From Puniceicoccales bacterium (GTDB lineage Bacteria; Verrucomicrobiota; Verrucomicrobiia; Opitutales; JAIRLM01), in contig JAIRWT010000001.1 of assembly GCA_031268795.1 (NCBI GenBank), positions 890 to 64,889 on the forward strand: a stretch of 64,000 nt of DNA. The letters run 5' to 3'. Under the pieces are notes generated by a model. That model was not told the origin of the DNA. It ran no database searches and saw only the letters and a program-made list of their open reading frames with translations. A program made the position numbers and the translations under genes. This document shows positions 20,579 to 29,672 of this stretch, piece by piece; position 1 is the first letter of the stretch, and each line of letters starts with the position of its first letter.

Positions 20579-21016
20579 TCAATTTGTTGAGCCGGTTGTA
20601 ATAACAATGTTTGAAGGAAGACCCGTGAGCACTTCCACCACCTCTCCCGCCATGGTTGCCGTTGTGAGTGCAATACCAACAACGCGATAGGTTCCAGATT
20701 CAGATGGTAAGGGAATAATTTTCCCATTAGCCGTTCCTACCACAAAGGTTCCGGAGCTGATGGGATCTGCTGCGCTAATTAGGACGGTTGATCCACTTCC
20801 TAATAGTTGCACATTAATCGGATCATCGGCTGCTTCCGCTTCGTCGGTCACAACCCCAATTGGCAATTCACCAGCTGCCGCCGGATGTACCGTGTTACCC
20901 TGTAACGCCACAAGCACATGCGCCATTTCAATGGGCTCGGCCGCCAGGAAGGTGATATTCCCCTCGTGCGTACCCTCGGCCACATTTGCAAAAATGATTT
21001 GTTTTTCCTTTTTCAT
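20579..21016 (-). CDS. Head decoration / DUF2190-like protein
   Basis: 145 aa, Gly/Ala/Val-rich and beta-type, located between the protease and capsid genes as in lambda D/E-type heads. Confidence 0.45.
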   Translation of the reverse strand: MKKEKQIIFANVAEGTHEGNITFLAAEPIEMAHVLVALQGNTVHPAAAGELPIGVVTDEAEAADDPINVQLLGSGSTVLISAADPISSGTFVVGTANGKIIPLPSESGTYRVVGIALTTATMAGEVVEVLTGLPSNIVITTGSTN

Positions 21017-21065
21017 AGTCTTATTCCTTAACTGTAATTAAATTAATTCCCCGTATGGGAGAAAG

Positions 21066-21959
21066 TTAGCCTTCAAACCAAAAGGGGTTGGTCCGCTTCA
21101 CGTTGCACCAGGCGGTGGCAAATGATTCGCATTCCTTTTCCATGCGCTCGCGCACGAGCGTCAACACACGATGTTTTTTCATTTCGGTTGGAAGACAGCA
21201 TCGCCGATCGAGTGATTGGGTGATGCTTTGCCGGCGCATGACGCTTTCCGGCATCCTGGCGCAATTCCCAACGATGGGTCCACCCTGCTCTGGCATTCGT
21301 AGCAGGGCCACGTCTGGCATATTCACGCCGCTGGGCAGCGATGTCCGTTCGCGCGGATTATCGTCCGGAGAAATATCACTAACGATTTTCTCATCCGGCA
21401 TAATTTCCGCCATTTCTTCGAGCATATCTTCTTGATTGGCAATGGCTTCAACGTTCATATTGGGCGTATTGGTAAGCCCAATGGAGAGTAGCTGCCTGGG
21501 CGTAAAACTTCCATTACCCAGCGGAACCATTTCCCAGCGAGGGGAGAGAAATTTGTAATAGGCATTTTCAAGAAGTTCCCCACCCGCCCTGGACCATTTT
21601 GGGTAAATCCAAAGGCCATTATCGCGCGCTTCGATAAACTTCACCCAGCCGTAGGCGCGAGTATCATCATGGCCAACCTGACCGCGAAAGGCCGGATCAT
21701 CCGGATGCCCAATATAAATGGGAACACCGCGAAATCGACGCGCAAGCCGCTGTCGGAGCGATGAAAATCGTCTGGCCATTTGTTTGCACGCGGAAGCATC
21801 TACAATTTGCATCCCTAGCCGGTGCTGATAGTCACCGTAATCCACTAACTTAATCCATCCGCCACAACCATCGTCTCCTACGGCATTCGCGCCAGCTAGG
21901 ATCATTGTTTCGCAAGTTATTTCTTTTTCATTCATAGTACACCTCTCATTTCCGGTCAT
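21066..21959 (-). CDS. Mu gpI-like prohead protease/scaffold
   Basis: ...IYIGHPDDPAFRG...DTRAYGWVKFIEARDNGLWIYPKWSRAGGELLENAYYKFLSPRWE matches my recollection of the Mu-like prophage I protease family. ATG at 21959 overlaps the portal stop (ATGA at 21956-21959). Confidence 0.65.
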   Translation of the reverse strand: MTGNERCTMNEKEITCETMILAGANAVGDDGCGGWIKLVDYGDYQHRLGMQIVDASACKQMARRFSSLRQRLARRFRGVPIYIGHPDDPAFRGQVGHDDTRAYGWVKFIEARDNGLWIYPKWSRAGGELLENAYYKFLSPRWEMVPLGNGSFTPRQLLSIGLTNTPNMNVEAIANQEDMLEEMAEIMPDEKIVSDISPDDNPRERTSLPSGVNMPDVALLRMPEQGGPIVGNCARMPESVMRRQSITQSLDRRCCLPTEMKKHRVLTLVRERMEKECESFATAWCNVKRTNPFWFEG

Positions 21960-23152
21960 GATTTTGTGAAAATGCGCACACCAAAGTGTTCGCACAGATC
22001 ATTCGCAGGAATTTGCACGCCCAGTTTCGCAAGCCTTTCATACAACTCCAAATCCCATAGAAAATTATCACTTTGCGTAGATTGCAGGGATAGGTACGCC
22101 TTCACTGGCGCATCACCAAAAAGGTAATTGAGCACGTAGCGATCAACTTGCTCATTAAGGACTTCAGAAATTATCGCCGCGTCGTCCTGCTCCAAAAGGT
22201 TTTGCCCACCGGCTTGCATGGATGCGCCAACGCCGTTTCCTCGTGACATGGTTGACAGATCGGATCCACACCAAAGTGCTGCCATTGCCCTATCCATGCG
22301 GTCCACCAGTGCCGGATAGGGAAGTACCCCACGGGAAGTGAGGTCAATGGCCTGCAGATCGCTGCCAGTGGACATGAGCGCATTAAATTCTGCCCCAAAG
22401 GCCTCCACCGCTTGTTTAGCCATTTCCCACTGTGGCGTTCCTGGCACAGCATCTGTCACGCCCTTAACGCCTGGCATGCCATTGCGGTCACAGTAAATTA
22501 ACCAATCGCGGAGTGGCAGATGCTTGAATAGATAAGCAATGGAACAGGCTTCCATAAGGCCATCTCCAACGGTTACAAGCCAGGCGCCCTCCTCCAGCGA
22601 AATTCCCTCCCGCGCCATATCACCCGGTAAAAAGCGCAACAATCCCGTATAATTTTCGAAGTACCAAAGGGGAACGAAGCGAAACTCAGCGGAAATTAAT
22701 GCCCTTGCACAGCCATCGGTAAAGCAATTGCCGTGAATCTGATAAACAATTTCATGGACCGCATATTTCTTCCCAACGGCATCCATCATCTGTTTTACCA
22801 GCAACGCAAAGGATCCACGTTCATTGCGATCGATGGCGCCCGTGCAGCGGAGGTTATTGTAAAAAAATCGCAGTGCTTCCTGCTGTTGCCGAGCCTCTGC
22901 AGAATCATCCGTTGTCAGGATGGTCCATGGCAGACGCGCTACGGCCTTTTTGCGTTTGGCCGCCACCCCTTTCAGCAAATCATCCCTCCGTTCAATGGCG
23001 TCCCAAAGCAATGCCGCCGGCCACAGTTCACCCCGATGAAAGGCGTCCAATTGCCGCGTGAGCGTCTCCGCCGTGAGCAACCGGATCGGATTAAAATCCT
23101 GTCGCCGACTCCGGTTCTGGCATAGTGTTTGTATTTCTGATTTTATTTTCAT
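21956..23152 (-). CDS. Phage portal protein (Mu gp29 / DUF935-like)
   Basis: 398 aa immediately after TerL. The N-terminal ...LDAFHRGELWPAALLWDAIERRDDLLKGVAAKRKKAV... is typical of DUF935 portals. Confidence 0.7.
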   Translation of the reverse strand: MKIKSEIQTLCQNRSRRQDFNPIRLLTAETLTRQLDAFHRGELWPAALLWDAIERRDDLLKGVAAKRKKAVARLPWTILTTDDSAEARQQQEALRFFYNNLRCTGAIDRNERGSFALLVKQMMDAVGKKYAVHEIVYQIHGNCFTDGCARALISAEFRFVPLWYFENYTGLLRFLPGDMAREGISLEEGAWLVTVGDGLMEACSIAYLFKHLPLRDWLIYCDRNGMPGVKGVTDAVPGTPQWEMAKQAVEAFGAEFNALMSTGSDLQAIDLTSRGVLPYPALVDRMDRAMAALWCGSDLSTMSRGNGVGASMQAGGQNLLEQDDAAIISEVLNEQVDRYVLNYLFGDAPVKAYLSLQSTQSDNFLWDLELYERLAKLGVQIPANDLCEHFGVRIFTKS

Positions 23153-23198
23153 CGGTTGTGTGCATGGAAATTAATGACGCCAATATTTAATGTGCCAT

Positions 23199-24611
23199 TT
23201 ATAGAAAAAAAGAAGATCGTTGCGGCCGTTGAATTATCTGAAACGCGCCGCCGCCCGCCTTGGGTCGTTTGGCCTCACCACCGTGAAAGGCGTGAATGGC
23301 GAGCGCCAGTGCCCAAAAGCGATCGGCGTGACCATTTCGTCCACGATCCGCAGCGAATCGTAAATTTCCCGTGAGCGTTACTTCCCTACGAACGGCATGC
23401 AAATCGGCACGAATGTTGTCATCATTCGGAATTCGAACCACTCGCCGCTCGAAGAAAGAGCGCAACAGATAAGCCAATGATTCTTTGACTTCCGCCGTAA
23501 ATGTTATGCCTTCCACCCGACCCGCGCCGAATTTGACAACCGCCCGCTCGGCAAACTGCCGGCCCATTCCCGTTTGATCAATGCACACCCTCCGTAGATG
23601 CGGTATGCGCAGTAATTCGTGCAAAACACCCTCCTGGGTTGCAAATGTTTGTTGCGCAAGGCATTCCACCAATCGCGTGTGCATAACATCGCCCACCAGT
23701 TCCAATAACCAGAAGACGGTCAAATCGCGCTCTCGGCCAAGATCCACTCCAAGGTAGTAATCCCCATGCGGTAAAGTTTCACCCTTCGGCAGATAAGGTA
23801 AGGCAATTTGCCATTGGTCATCCGCTAAATACTCGCACGCGCTGATCATTTCCGATGATAAGAATGCCGTGCGATCGTCCAGCGGCTGACACATATATTC
23901 CTGTTGAAAAGTGGCCTCATCCGGGCATGTGGTGCGGATGAAATCGAAATATTGCGCTGCATCCATAAATTGTCGCGGATCATTTGCCGGAAGTTTAGCT
24001 TTTAATTTTGCTAAAAATCCTTGCTCCAAGGCGTCTTGCAACGTTACCCGATGCAGGGAAAATTTTTTGGGATTTCCTTCGTAGCGCGCTTCCTGGATGA
24101 GTTGATTGAAGAAATTAAATGATCCCCGGTGCGTGGAAAGAATCTCCAGTTGTCCTCCCCAGGTAATCCCTGGCAATGCAATGGAATAGAGAAGCTTTGG
24201 GTCTCCGTGGAGGGCAAATTCGTCTAAAACTCGATTTCCTCGCTTCCCAGCTTGAGCATCTGGGTTTGAAGAAAGAGAGTGTACGGTCGTATTGTTAGCG
24301 AAGGTAATGGCCATGGCCGATGTGCGTGCCTTGGAAATTAATACCCGACGCTGTATTTTCGTAGCAGCTCCATCAAATAATGAGGCAAATGTACAACAGT
24401 CGGCTAGGAATAGTTTAGCCTGCATTTCATCCCGCGACGACACCCAACTGTCTCGGCCGTAACACTTGATAACATGTTGGCGTACGAGGTGATATGCCGT
24501 TGCCCAGGACATGCCAACTTGTCGGGATTTTTCCATAATTTTTAGTCGCGCCCCGTCCAGAATCCATCGGCGTTGATAGGGGAGAAAAAAAGGTATAGCT
24601 CTTTGTTTCAT
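23199..24611 (-). CDS. Phage terminase large subunit
   Basis: FFLPYQRRWILDGARLKIMEKSRQVGMSWATAY (Terminase_6-type ATPase N-terminus), with a C-terminal nuclease-like half. ATG at 24611 overlaps the upstream stop (ATGA at 24608-24611). Confidence 0.85.
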   Translation of the reverse strand: MKQRAIPFFLPYQRRWILDGARLKIMEKSRQVGMSWATAYHLVRQHVIKCYGRDSWVSSRDEMQAKLFLADCCTFASLFDGAATKIQRRVLISKARTSAMAITFANNTTVHSLSSNPDAQAGKRGNRVLDEFALHGDPKLLYSIALPGITWGGQLEILSTHRGSFNFFNQLIQEARYEGNPKKFSLHRVTLQDALEQGFLAKLKAKLPANDPRQFMDAAQYFDFIRTTCPDEATFQQEYMCQPLDDRTAFLSSEMISACEYLADDQWQIALPYLPKGETLPHGDYYLGVDLGRERDLTVFWLLELVGDVMHTRLVECLAQQTFATQEGVLHELLRIPHLRRVCIDQTGMGRQFAERAVVKFGAGRVEGITFTAEVKESLAYLLRSFFERRVVRIPNDDNIRADLHAVRREVTLTGNLRFAADRGRNGHADRFWALALAIHAFHGGEAKRPKAGGGAFQIIQRPQRSSFFL

Positions 24612-24982
24612 AGCAATTTCAATTGCTTCTCCAATTGGCGAATGGTTGACATATTCAACCCCTCCCGCGGACAATCTACGCCAACGCCATCTTTCAATTG
24701 CCCACGTAGGGTAAGCACCTGCTGGCTGCTGGCTAAAAGTCTTTGCATAATGGTGGCGATGGTATTTAGCTCGGACAGATCTTGCGTAACAAAAATTTTA
24801 TCCAAAAGGCCACTTAGCATTTGACCGATTGAAGCGTCCGCCAGATCGCTATGAGAAGTGTCCGGAGCTTTTTTCCTTGTGCGTATACTCCTATGCGAAG
24901 ACACCAAAATTTTGCCATCAGTCGTTGCATCCAAAACGTCATCCATGCCAGTTGCAACATCGCTGGGAGTTGAGGATCTCAT
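24608..24982 (-). CDS. Hypothetical protein, small-terminase candidate by position only
   Basis: 124 aa immediately upstream of TerL and translationally coupled to it. No motif recognised. Confidence 0.35.
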   Translation of the reverse strand: MRSSTPSDVATGMDDVLDATTDGKILVSSHRSIRTRKKAPDTSHSDLADASIGQMLSGLLDKIFVTQDLSELNTIATIMQRLLASSQQVLTLRGQLKDGVGVDCPREGLNMSTIRQLEKQLKLL

Positions 24983-25278
24983 CTGCGTATACCACCGGCT
25001 ATTTTTTGTGAATATTCAGAATTTGGAAGAGTGTGCCCATTGGCATTCACGAGTGTGTACAATCCATGAATACGCCTTTGCAGCAGAGTAACTTGTTGCC
25101 GCAAAATGCAAATTTCTAAATTTTGGCGGCAGGCAATTTTTTGGCTTTCACGTAAAAAAGAATTATGCAAGCCCACGGCTGTAAAATAGAACCCCAAAAA
25201 TGTAATTCCAATGAGGGCCGTGCGACAGATAAGATCGAAGAACATCCTCGATCGAAGCCATCTACCAAGGGCTTTCAT
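24979..25278 (-). CDS. Small membrane-anchored coiled-coil protein
   Basis: MKALGRWLRSRMFFDLICRTALIGITFLGFYFTAV (one TM) followed by a Leu/Gln-rich helix. ATGA overlaps at both ends (25275-25278 and 24979-24982). Confidence 0.4.
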   Translation of the reverse strand: MKALGRWLRSRMFFDLICRTALIGITFLGFYFTAVGLHNSFLRESQKIACRQNLEICILRQQVTLLQRRIHGLYTLVNANGHTLPNSEYSQKIAGGIRR

Positions 25279-25517
25279 GCGGCACCTCCAATGGAAGTGC
25301 CTCCCATTGGGTACGACCACGCATTATTGACACTGGAATAAATTCCAGCAATTGCATCGATGATTTTAATAGCATACACACTCACAAGGGAACATTGAAA
25401 TAGTGTAAAAATATTATCACCGTCGATGCTTGACAACGATGGAGGCGGCCAAGTACCATCACCCGGTGTGGGTGTTAATTTGTCGGTAATAGCGTATCTG
25501 GCAGATTGGTTGTTCAT
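25275..25517 (-). CDS. Small hypothetical protein, first ORF of the phage-like operon
   Basis: 80 aa with one hydrophobic segment (IFTLFQCSLVSVYAIKIIDAIAGIY). AAAGGAAC lies about 8 nt upstream of the ATG. Confidence 0.35.
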   Translation of the reverse strand: MNNQSARYAITDKLTPTPGDGTWPPPSLSSIDGDNIFTLFQCSLVSVYAIKIIDAIAGIYSSVNNAWSYPMGGTSIGGAA

Positions 25518-25787
25518 GGGCTAATGTTCCTTTGGGCTCCCCGATTGGAAACCCGCATTTAGTTTATCACGGAACTGCTAAATGCAAAATATACGGTTGG
25601 TTGCATTGGCTTCGTTGTGTTCGTTGGATTTGTTGGGCATAAAATAGGATGAAATTTTATCAAAAAGACACATAATGGCGCGGCCAATAAATTGAACCCA
25701 ATCCGAATCGCGACGTATCCGGCGACCTTTCCGCCACATTACATTTTTCTAATTGCATTTAAAAAATGCGAACCATAAACTCATTTT

Positions 25788-26282
25788 ATGGATTTGAATT
25801 CGCTTATGGAGGGCGTAAGTCGACGCATGAGTCTTCCGCTCAAGCTTGACCCGGAAACTCGGCGGTGCGTATTGCAAGATAAGGAATCCCACCTGGAAAT
25901 TCTCATCGAATTTCCACAGCGTAATACGTCACTGTTCATTTATTCTCCGCTCATGCAACTGCCAAAGGAAATTGACCAGGTGAAATTTTTGGAATCACTC
26001 CTTGAGCTTAACCTCTTTGGGCTACAAACCAACGGGACCACCATCGGCTTCGATCGCAAGCGTGGACACATCGTCTTACACCATTCCGTCCCGGTGGAAT
26101 TTGTCGACGAACAGATTTTCGTAAATGTGCTTACCAATTTTATTGCAACGGCACGAAAAATTTCAACGCGGATAAGTGATCTACAACTGGTTAATCAAAA
26201 GCGCGCCAAGATTGCCAATACACATTATTCTCCGGCGGAAAATGCTAAGCCTCGCCAATCCATGCGAATTGTCCGCATATGA
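25788..26282 (+). CDS. Type III secretion chaperone-like protein (CesT/SycE-like class I architecture)
   Basis: 164 aa. The layout ...LKLDPETRRCVLQDKESHLEILIEFPQRNTSLFIYSPLMQLPKE...LESLLELNLFGLQTNGTTIGFDRKRGHIVLHHSVP...EQIFVNVLTNFIATA follows the class I chaperone pattern, from recollection of SycE/CesT. Confidence 0.5.
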   Translation: MDLNSLMEGVSRRMSLPLKLDPETRRCVLQDKESHLEILIEFPQRNTSLFIYSPLMQLPKEIDQVKFLESLLELNLFGLQTNGTTIGFDRKRGHIVLHHSVPVEFVDEQIFVNVLTNFIATARKISTRISDLQLVNQKRAKIANTHYSPAENAKPRQSMRIVRI

Positions 26283-26331
26283 AGGGATTTTGACCGGAAG
26301 ATGCGGACAAAGCGAAAAAAAGAGGCTGAAA

Positions 26332-27714
26332 ATGACAGAAATTCCGCCGAAAACAAATGACCTCCATCTCTGCCGATTTTATCACATCATTCCAGATGGG
26401 TCCTCGCGCTTTTTGATCTGCGAAGACTGCGATCTTCAATCATTTTCCGAAGAATTGTCCGCATTACTTGGGTTTTGTCCGAAGTTTGAAATTCTTCCAA
26501 AAAAGGATTTTCAAAAACGCTGGCTTCAATTTGAAACCGCGTGCGCACATCAGGCCACCGATAGCGCTGGGGATATGTCGAACAATGATTTGCCCCATCA
26601 AATTCAGCACTGGTTACGTTACGGCGTGGAATTAGGTGCGTCGGACATACACTTTGAAAGCGATGCGAATGAAATTCTTCTGCGCATGCGCATCGATGGC
26701 ACCTTGCGAACGGTACACAATTTTCCAGGTGAATTGCGCCGGGAACTTTCCGCCTGTTTGCGCGCAATGGCAAATTTGGATATTTCAGAACACTTTCGGC
26801 CTCAGGACGGGCGGCTAAAATGCCTTGTGCAAGGGAAAGATGTTGAATGCCGTATTTCCGTCCTCCCAACGAAAACTGGCGAAAGCATTGTTTTACGCAT
26901 TTTGGACAAGAATCGACGTTTTCCACGGTTGGACAATCTTCATATGCCGCCGGAAATTATAGAAGCCACACGTCATATTATGCAGCTAACCAGTGGATTA
27001 TTCCTTGTTATCGGGCCCACCGGTAGTGGAAAAACCACGTCCATCTACGCCGCGCTCCAGGAGATTAATTCCGATGATGTAAAGCTGCTGACCATAGAAG
27101 ATCCCATTGAGTATGAACTAGATGGCATCCTGCAGGTGCCCGTAGATTTGGCAGTTGGGCGCACATTTTCTTCAGTTTTACGGTCCTTTCTGCGGCACGA
27201 TCCGGACAAAATTTTAGTTGGGGAAATACGCGATCGGGATACGGCGCAAACTGCTTTACAGGCTGCACTTACGGGGCATCTTGTTCTCACAACGTTACAT
27301 ACCGCAACGGCGGAAGAGGCCCTCCTCCGGCTACAGGAGATGGGCGCGGATCCGTTTTTGCTGAGCCGTTGCCTGCGCGGCATCCTCTCCCAGCGTCTGT
27401 TGCGATTAAATTGTCCAAACTGTCTGGAAACATATGTGAAGGATGAAATCGATAAATTTTCTGAAATTCTCCTCCAAATTTCACCGAATTGTCTAAAATT
27501 TGGAAGCGGTTGTGCCCAATGTGGCCACACGGGATATCGGGAGCAATGCGCAATTTTTGAACTTTTTTCCATGGATGATTCCACAATTGGAAAAGTGGCC
27601 ACGGGCGATTTTTCGCAGCTGAAGTCCGCAAAATCACTTGCGGACCAGGCGATCACATGGGTAGCCGATGGAGTTTTATGCCCGGCGGAATTTCTGGAGC
27701 AGATACCATGTTGA
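26332..27714 (+). CDS. gspE: Type II secretion / type IV pilus ATPase (GspE/PilB family)
   Basis: Walker A GPTGSGKTT, TIEDPIEY, VGEIRD, and the tetracysteine CPNC...CAQC motif. ATG at 26332 avoids overlap with the preceding ORF. Confidence 0.88.
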   Translation: MTEIPPKTNDLHLCRFYHIIPDGSSRFLICEDCDLQSFSEELSALLGFCPKFEILPKKDFQKRWLQFETACAHQATDSAGDMSNNDLPHQIQHWLRYGVELGASDIHFESDANEILLRMRIDGTLRTVHNFPGELRRELSACLRAMANLDISEHFRPQDGRLKCLVQGKDVECRISVLPTKTGESIVLRILDKNRRFPRLDNLHMPPEIIEATRHIMQLTSGLFLVIGPTGSGKTTSIYAALQEINSDDVKLLTIEDPIEYELDGILQVPVDLAVGRTFSSVLRSFLRHDPDKILVGEIRDRDTAQTALQAALTGHLVLTTLHTATAEEALLRLQEMGADPFLLSRCLRGILSQRLLRLNCPNCLETYVKDEIDKFSEILLQISPNCLKFGSGCAQCGHTGYREQCAIFELFSMDDSTIGKVATGDFSQLKSAKSLADQAITWVADGVLCPAEFLEQIPC

Positions 27715-28781
27715 AAATTTTTCATTTTTCCCATCGGAAGGTGGACGAATCACAACTTTTGGCTTTTACCCGTCAGCTGGCAGTACTCATCGGAAATGGT
27801 GTTGGCCTATTGAACGCCTTACAAATTTTGGAAAACCAAGAAAAAAATTCCATGCTGCAATTAGTCATCACCACCTCCATCCAGGGACTAATTCTCGGAC
27901 ATCCGTTGCATACCATTTTACAATCCTTTCCGCAGATCTTTGATGTAACCTATTGCCAAATGGTGAAGGCCGGTGAATCTTCCGGGGATCTGGCAGCAAC
28001 ACTGGAACACATTTCCAATTTCCGCATGCGCATTTTGCGCACGAAACATCGTACCATTTCCGCCCTTTTTTACCCAGTCACCGTTCTGATCGTTGCTATG
28101 ATCGCCGTACTATTTTTAACCACATATGTGGTTCCGCGCTTTGAAAATCTCCTGCGGGCAAACCACTCATCCACACCATTGCCAACGCTCACCAGAATTC
28201 TGATTGCCTTTGGAACACTTTTACGTGAACACGCACATTCACTTTTGATGATGGCGATGCTGGTAATTCTTGCCATATTCATCTGTGGGCGCACACAATC
28301 CGGACACCTTCTACGTGGCAAAATTGCCCTCCGCTTTCCATTTTTTGGAAAATTATTTCTAATGCAAAATCTTGTCATTTTTTTGCGCACCTTCGGCCTG
28401 CTGTTGGCGCACGCCACTCCATCCACGGTGGCCCTATCACTTGCGGCAAACGCTTTACCAAATGCGGCAATGAAATCCCATCTGCTCCAGCTCGTGGATC
28501 GTGTGCACGCCGGGGAATCATTGATAGATCTGCTTGCCCCGTCTTCGTTTATGTTGCCATTCGTTCACGGCCTTCTGGTTGTCGGTGAAGGAAGTGGGCA
28601 CCTGGCGGATATGCTCCTTCATGCGGGAGAGGCAACCGCTGAGGAATTGGATCGGCATTTGGAACGAGCCTCCGCGGTACTGCAACCGGTTGTCGTTCTC
28701 ATCCTGGCCGGCGTTGTTGCCCTCATCGCCGCCGCCATGTTCCTGCCAATGACACAGATGCTACAGTTGTCCGATATTTAA
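27708..28781 (+). CDS. gspF: Type II secretion system platform protein (GspF/PilC family)
   Basis: Two GspF-type repeats (FTRQLAVLIGNGVGLLNAL... and FLRTFGLLLAHATPSTVAL...) and three TM regions. The ATG overlaps the gspE 3' end. Confidence 0.85.
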   Translation: MLKIFHFSHRKVDESQLLAFTRQLAVLIGNGVGLLNALQILENQEKNSMLQLVITTSIQGLILGHPLHTILQSFPQIFDVTYCQMVKAGESSGDLAATLEHISNFRMRILRTKHRTISALFYPVTVLIVAMIAVLFLTTYVVPRFENLLRANHSSTPLPTLTRILIAFGTLLREHAHSLLMMAMLVILAIFICGRTQSGHLLRGKIALRFPFFGKLFLMQNLVIFLRTFGLLLAHATPSTVALSLAANALPNAAMKSHLLQLVDRVHAGESLIDLLAPSSFMLPFVHGLLVVGEGSGHLADMLLHAGEATAEELDRHLERASAVLQPVVVLILAGVVALIAAAMFLPMTQMLQLSDI

Positions 28782-28911
28782 ATAACAAAGAGCATATCTA
28801 TTATCACGCCTTATAGACATGCATTAATTTCATTAGCCCATATGTCCATTGCCTTGATTTCATTACCAGGTTGCCAAAGACAATGTTTTTTGCAGCGATA
28901 GCCGGGAAATT

Positions 28912-29634
28912 ATGTCATGTCTGTGCGCGGAAAAGCTCCAAAAGTACTATGGGAAAAAACAAGTTGTTTGTGAAATTTCGTTAGTTATCAACTCCGGCGA
29001 GGTGGTAGGCCTTTTGGGCCCAAACGGCGCTGGAAAAACAACCACATTCCATATGATTGTTGGGCTTGTCGCCGTTTCCGGAGGGCGAATTTCACTCGAC
29101 GGCATCGAGCTGTCGCGCATGCCAATACATAAACGTGCACGGATTGGGATCGGCTACCTTCCGCAGGAAGCATCCATTTTTCGCAATCTAACCGTGCGGG
29201 ATAATCTCCGTGCCATTGCCGAGATTTTAAAAGTTTCGCACGTGGAACGGATCCAGCGCATGGATCAAGTTATTGATGAGCTAAAATTAACAAACCTATT
29301 AACACAGCAGGCTACGACACTCAGCGGCGGGGAACGGCGACGATTAGAAATCGCGCGCACACTTCTCTGTGAACCTAAATTTTTGCTCTTCGATGAGCCT
29401 TTCAGCGGAGTGGATCCTATTAATGTGCAGGAAATTCAGCAAATCATCCGCCGCCTCCGGAATCGAAACATTGGAATTCTCATCACTGACCACAATGTGC
29501 GCGAAATGCTCAACATTGTCGATCGAGCCTACCTTATCCACGGCGGAAAAGTCCTCGTGGAAGGCCCCAGCGATTTCCTAGCGGAAAATCAACTCAGTCG
29601 GAAATTCTATTTTGGTGAAAATTTCAAAATTTGA
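28912..29634 (+). CDS. lptB: LPS export ABC transporter ATP-binding protein
   Basis: GLLGPNGAGKTTTFHMIVGLV, RARIGIGYLPQEASIFRNLTVRDN, LSGGERRRLEIAR, LLFDEPFSGVDP. Confidence 0.85.
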   Translation: MSCLCAEKLQKYYGKKQVVCEISLVINSGEVVGLLGPNGAGKTTTFHMIVGLVAVSGGRISLDGIELSRMPIHKRARIGIGYLPQEASIFRNLTVRDNLRAIAEILKVSHVERIQRMDQVIDELKLTNLLTQQATTLSGGERRRLEIARTLLCEPKFLLFDEPFSGVDPINVQEIQQIIRRLRNRNIGILITDHNVREMLNIVDRAYLIHGGKVLVEGPSDFLAENQLSRKFYFGENFKI

Positions 29635-29672
29635 TCTGCCACAATAGTCGTACCGCTAAATCTTTTGAAACA

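Larger units (their letters stand above)
14015..25517 (-). mobile_element. Phage-derived structural gene block (head plus short tail only)
   Basis: 15 co-oriented ORFs including TerL, portal, Mu-I-like protease, major capsid and a fibre. Six ATGA start/stop overlaps. No integrase, repressor, replication, endolysin, tape-measure or sheath ORF anywhere in the window. Confidence 0.7.

Noticed and set aside
14015-25517. Contractile injection system, tailocin or T6SS-like interpretation of the phage-like block
   Set aside because: No sheath, tube, baseplate wedge (gp25/gp6-like), spike or AAA+ ATPase candidates are present. A terminase, portal, protease and capsid are present, which indicates a DNA-packaging head rather than a headless injector.
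25518-25787. Promoter or att-like elements in the 270-nt gap upstream of the phage-like operon (for example TTGCAT...TGATAAACT on the minus strand)
   Set aside because: Only weak, non-canonical spacing (15 nt) is present. There is no supporting repeat structure, and the evidence is too speculative to annotate.
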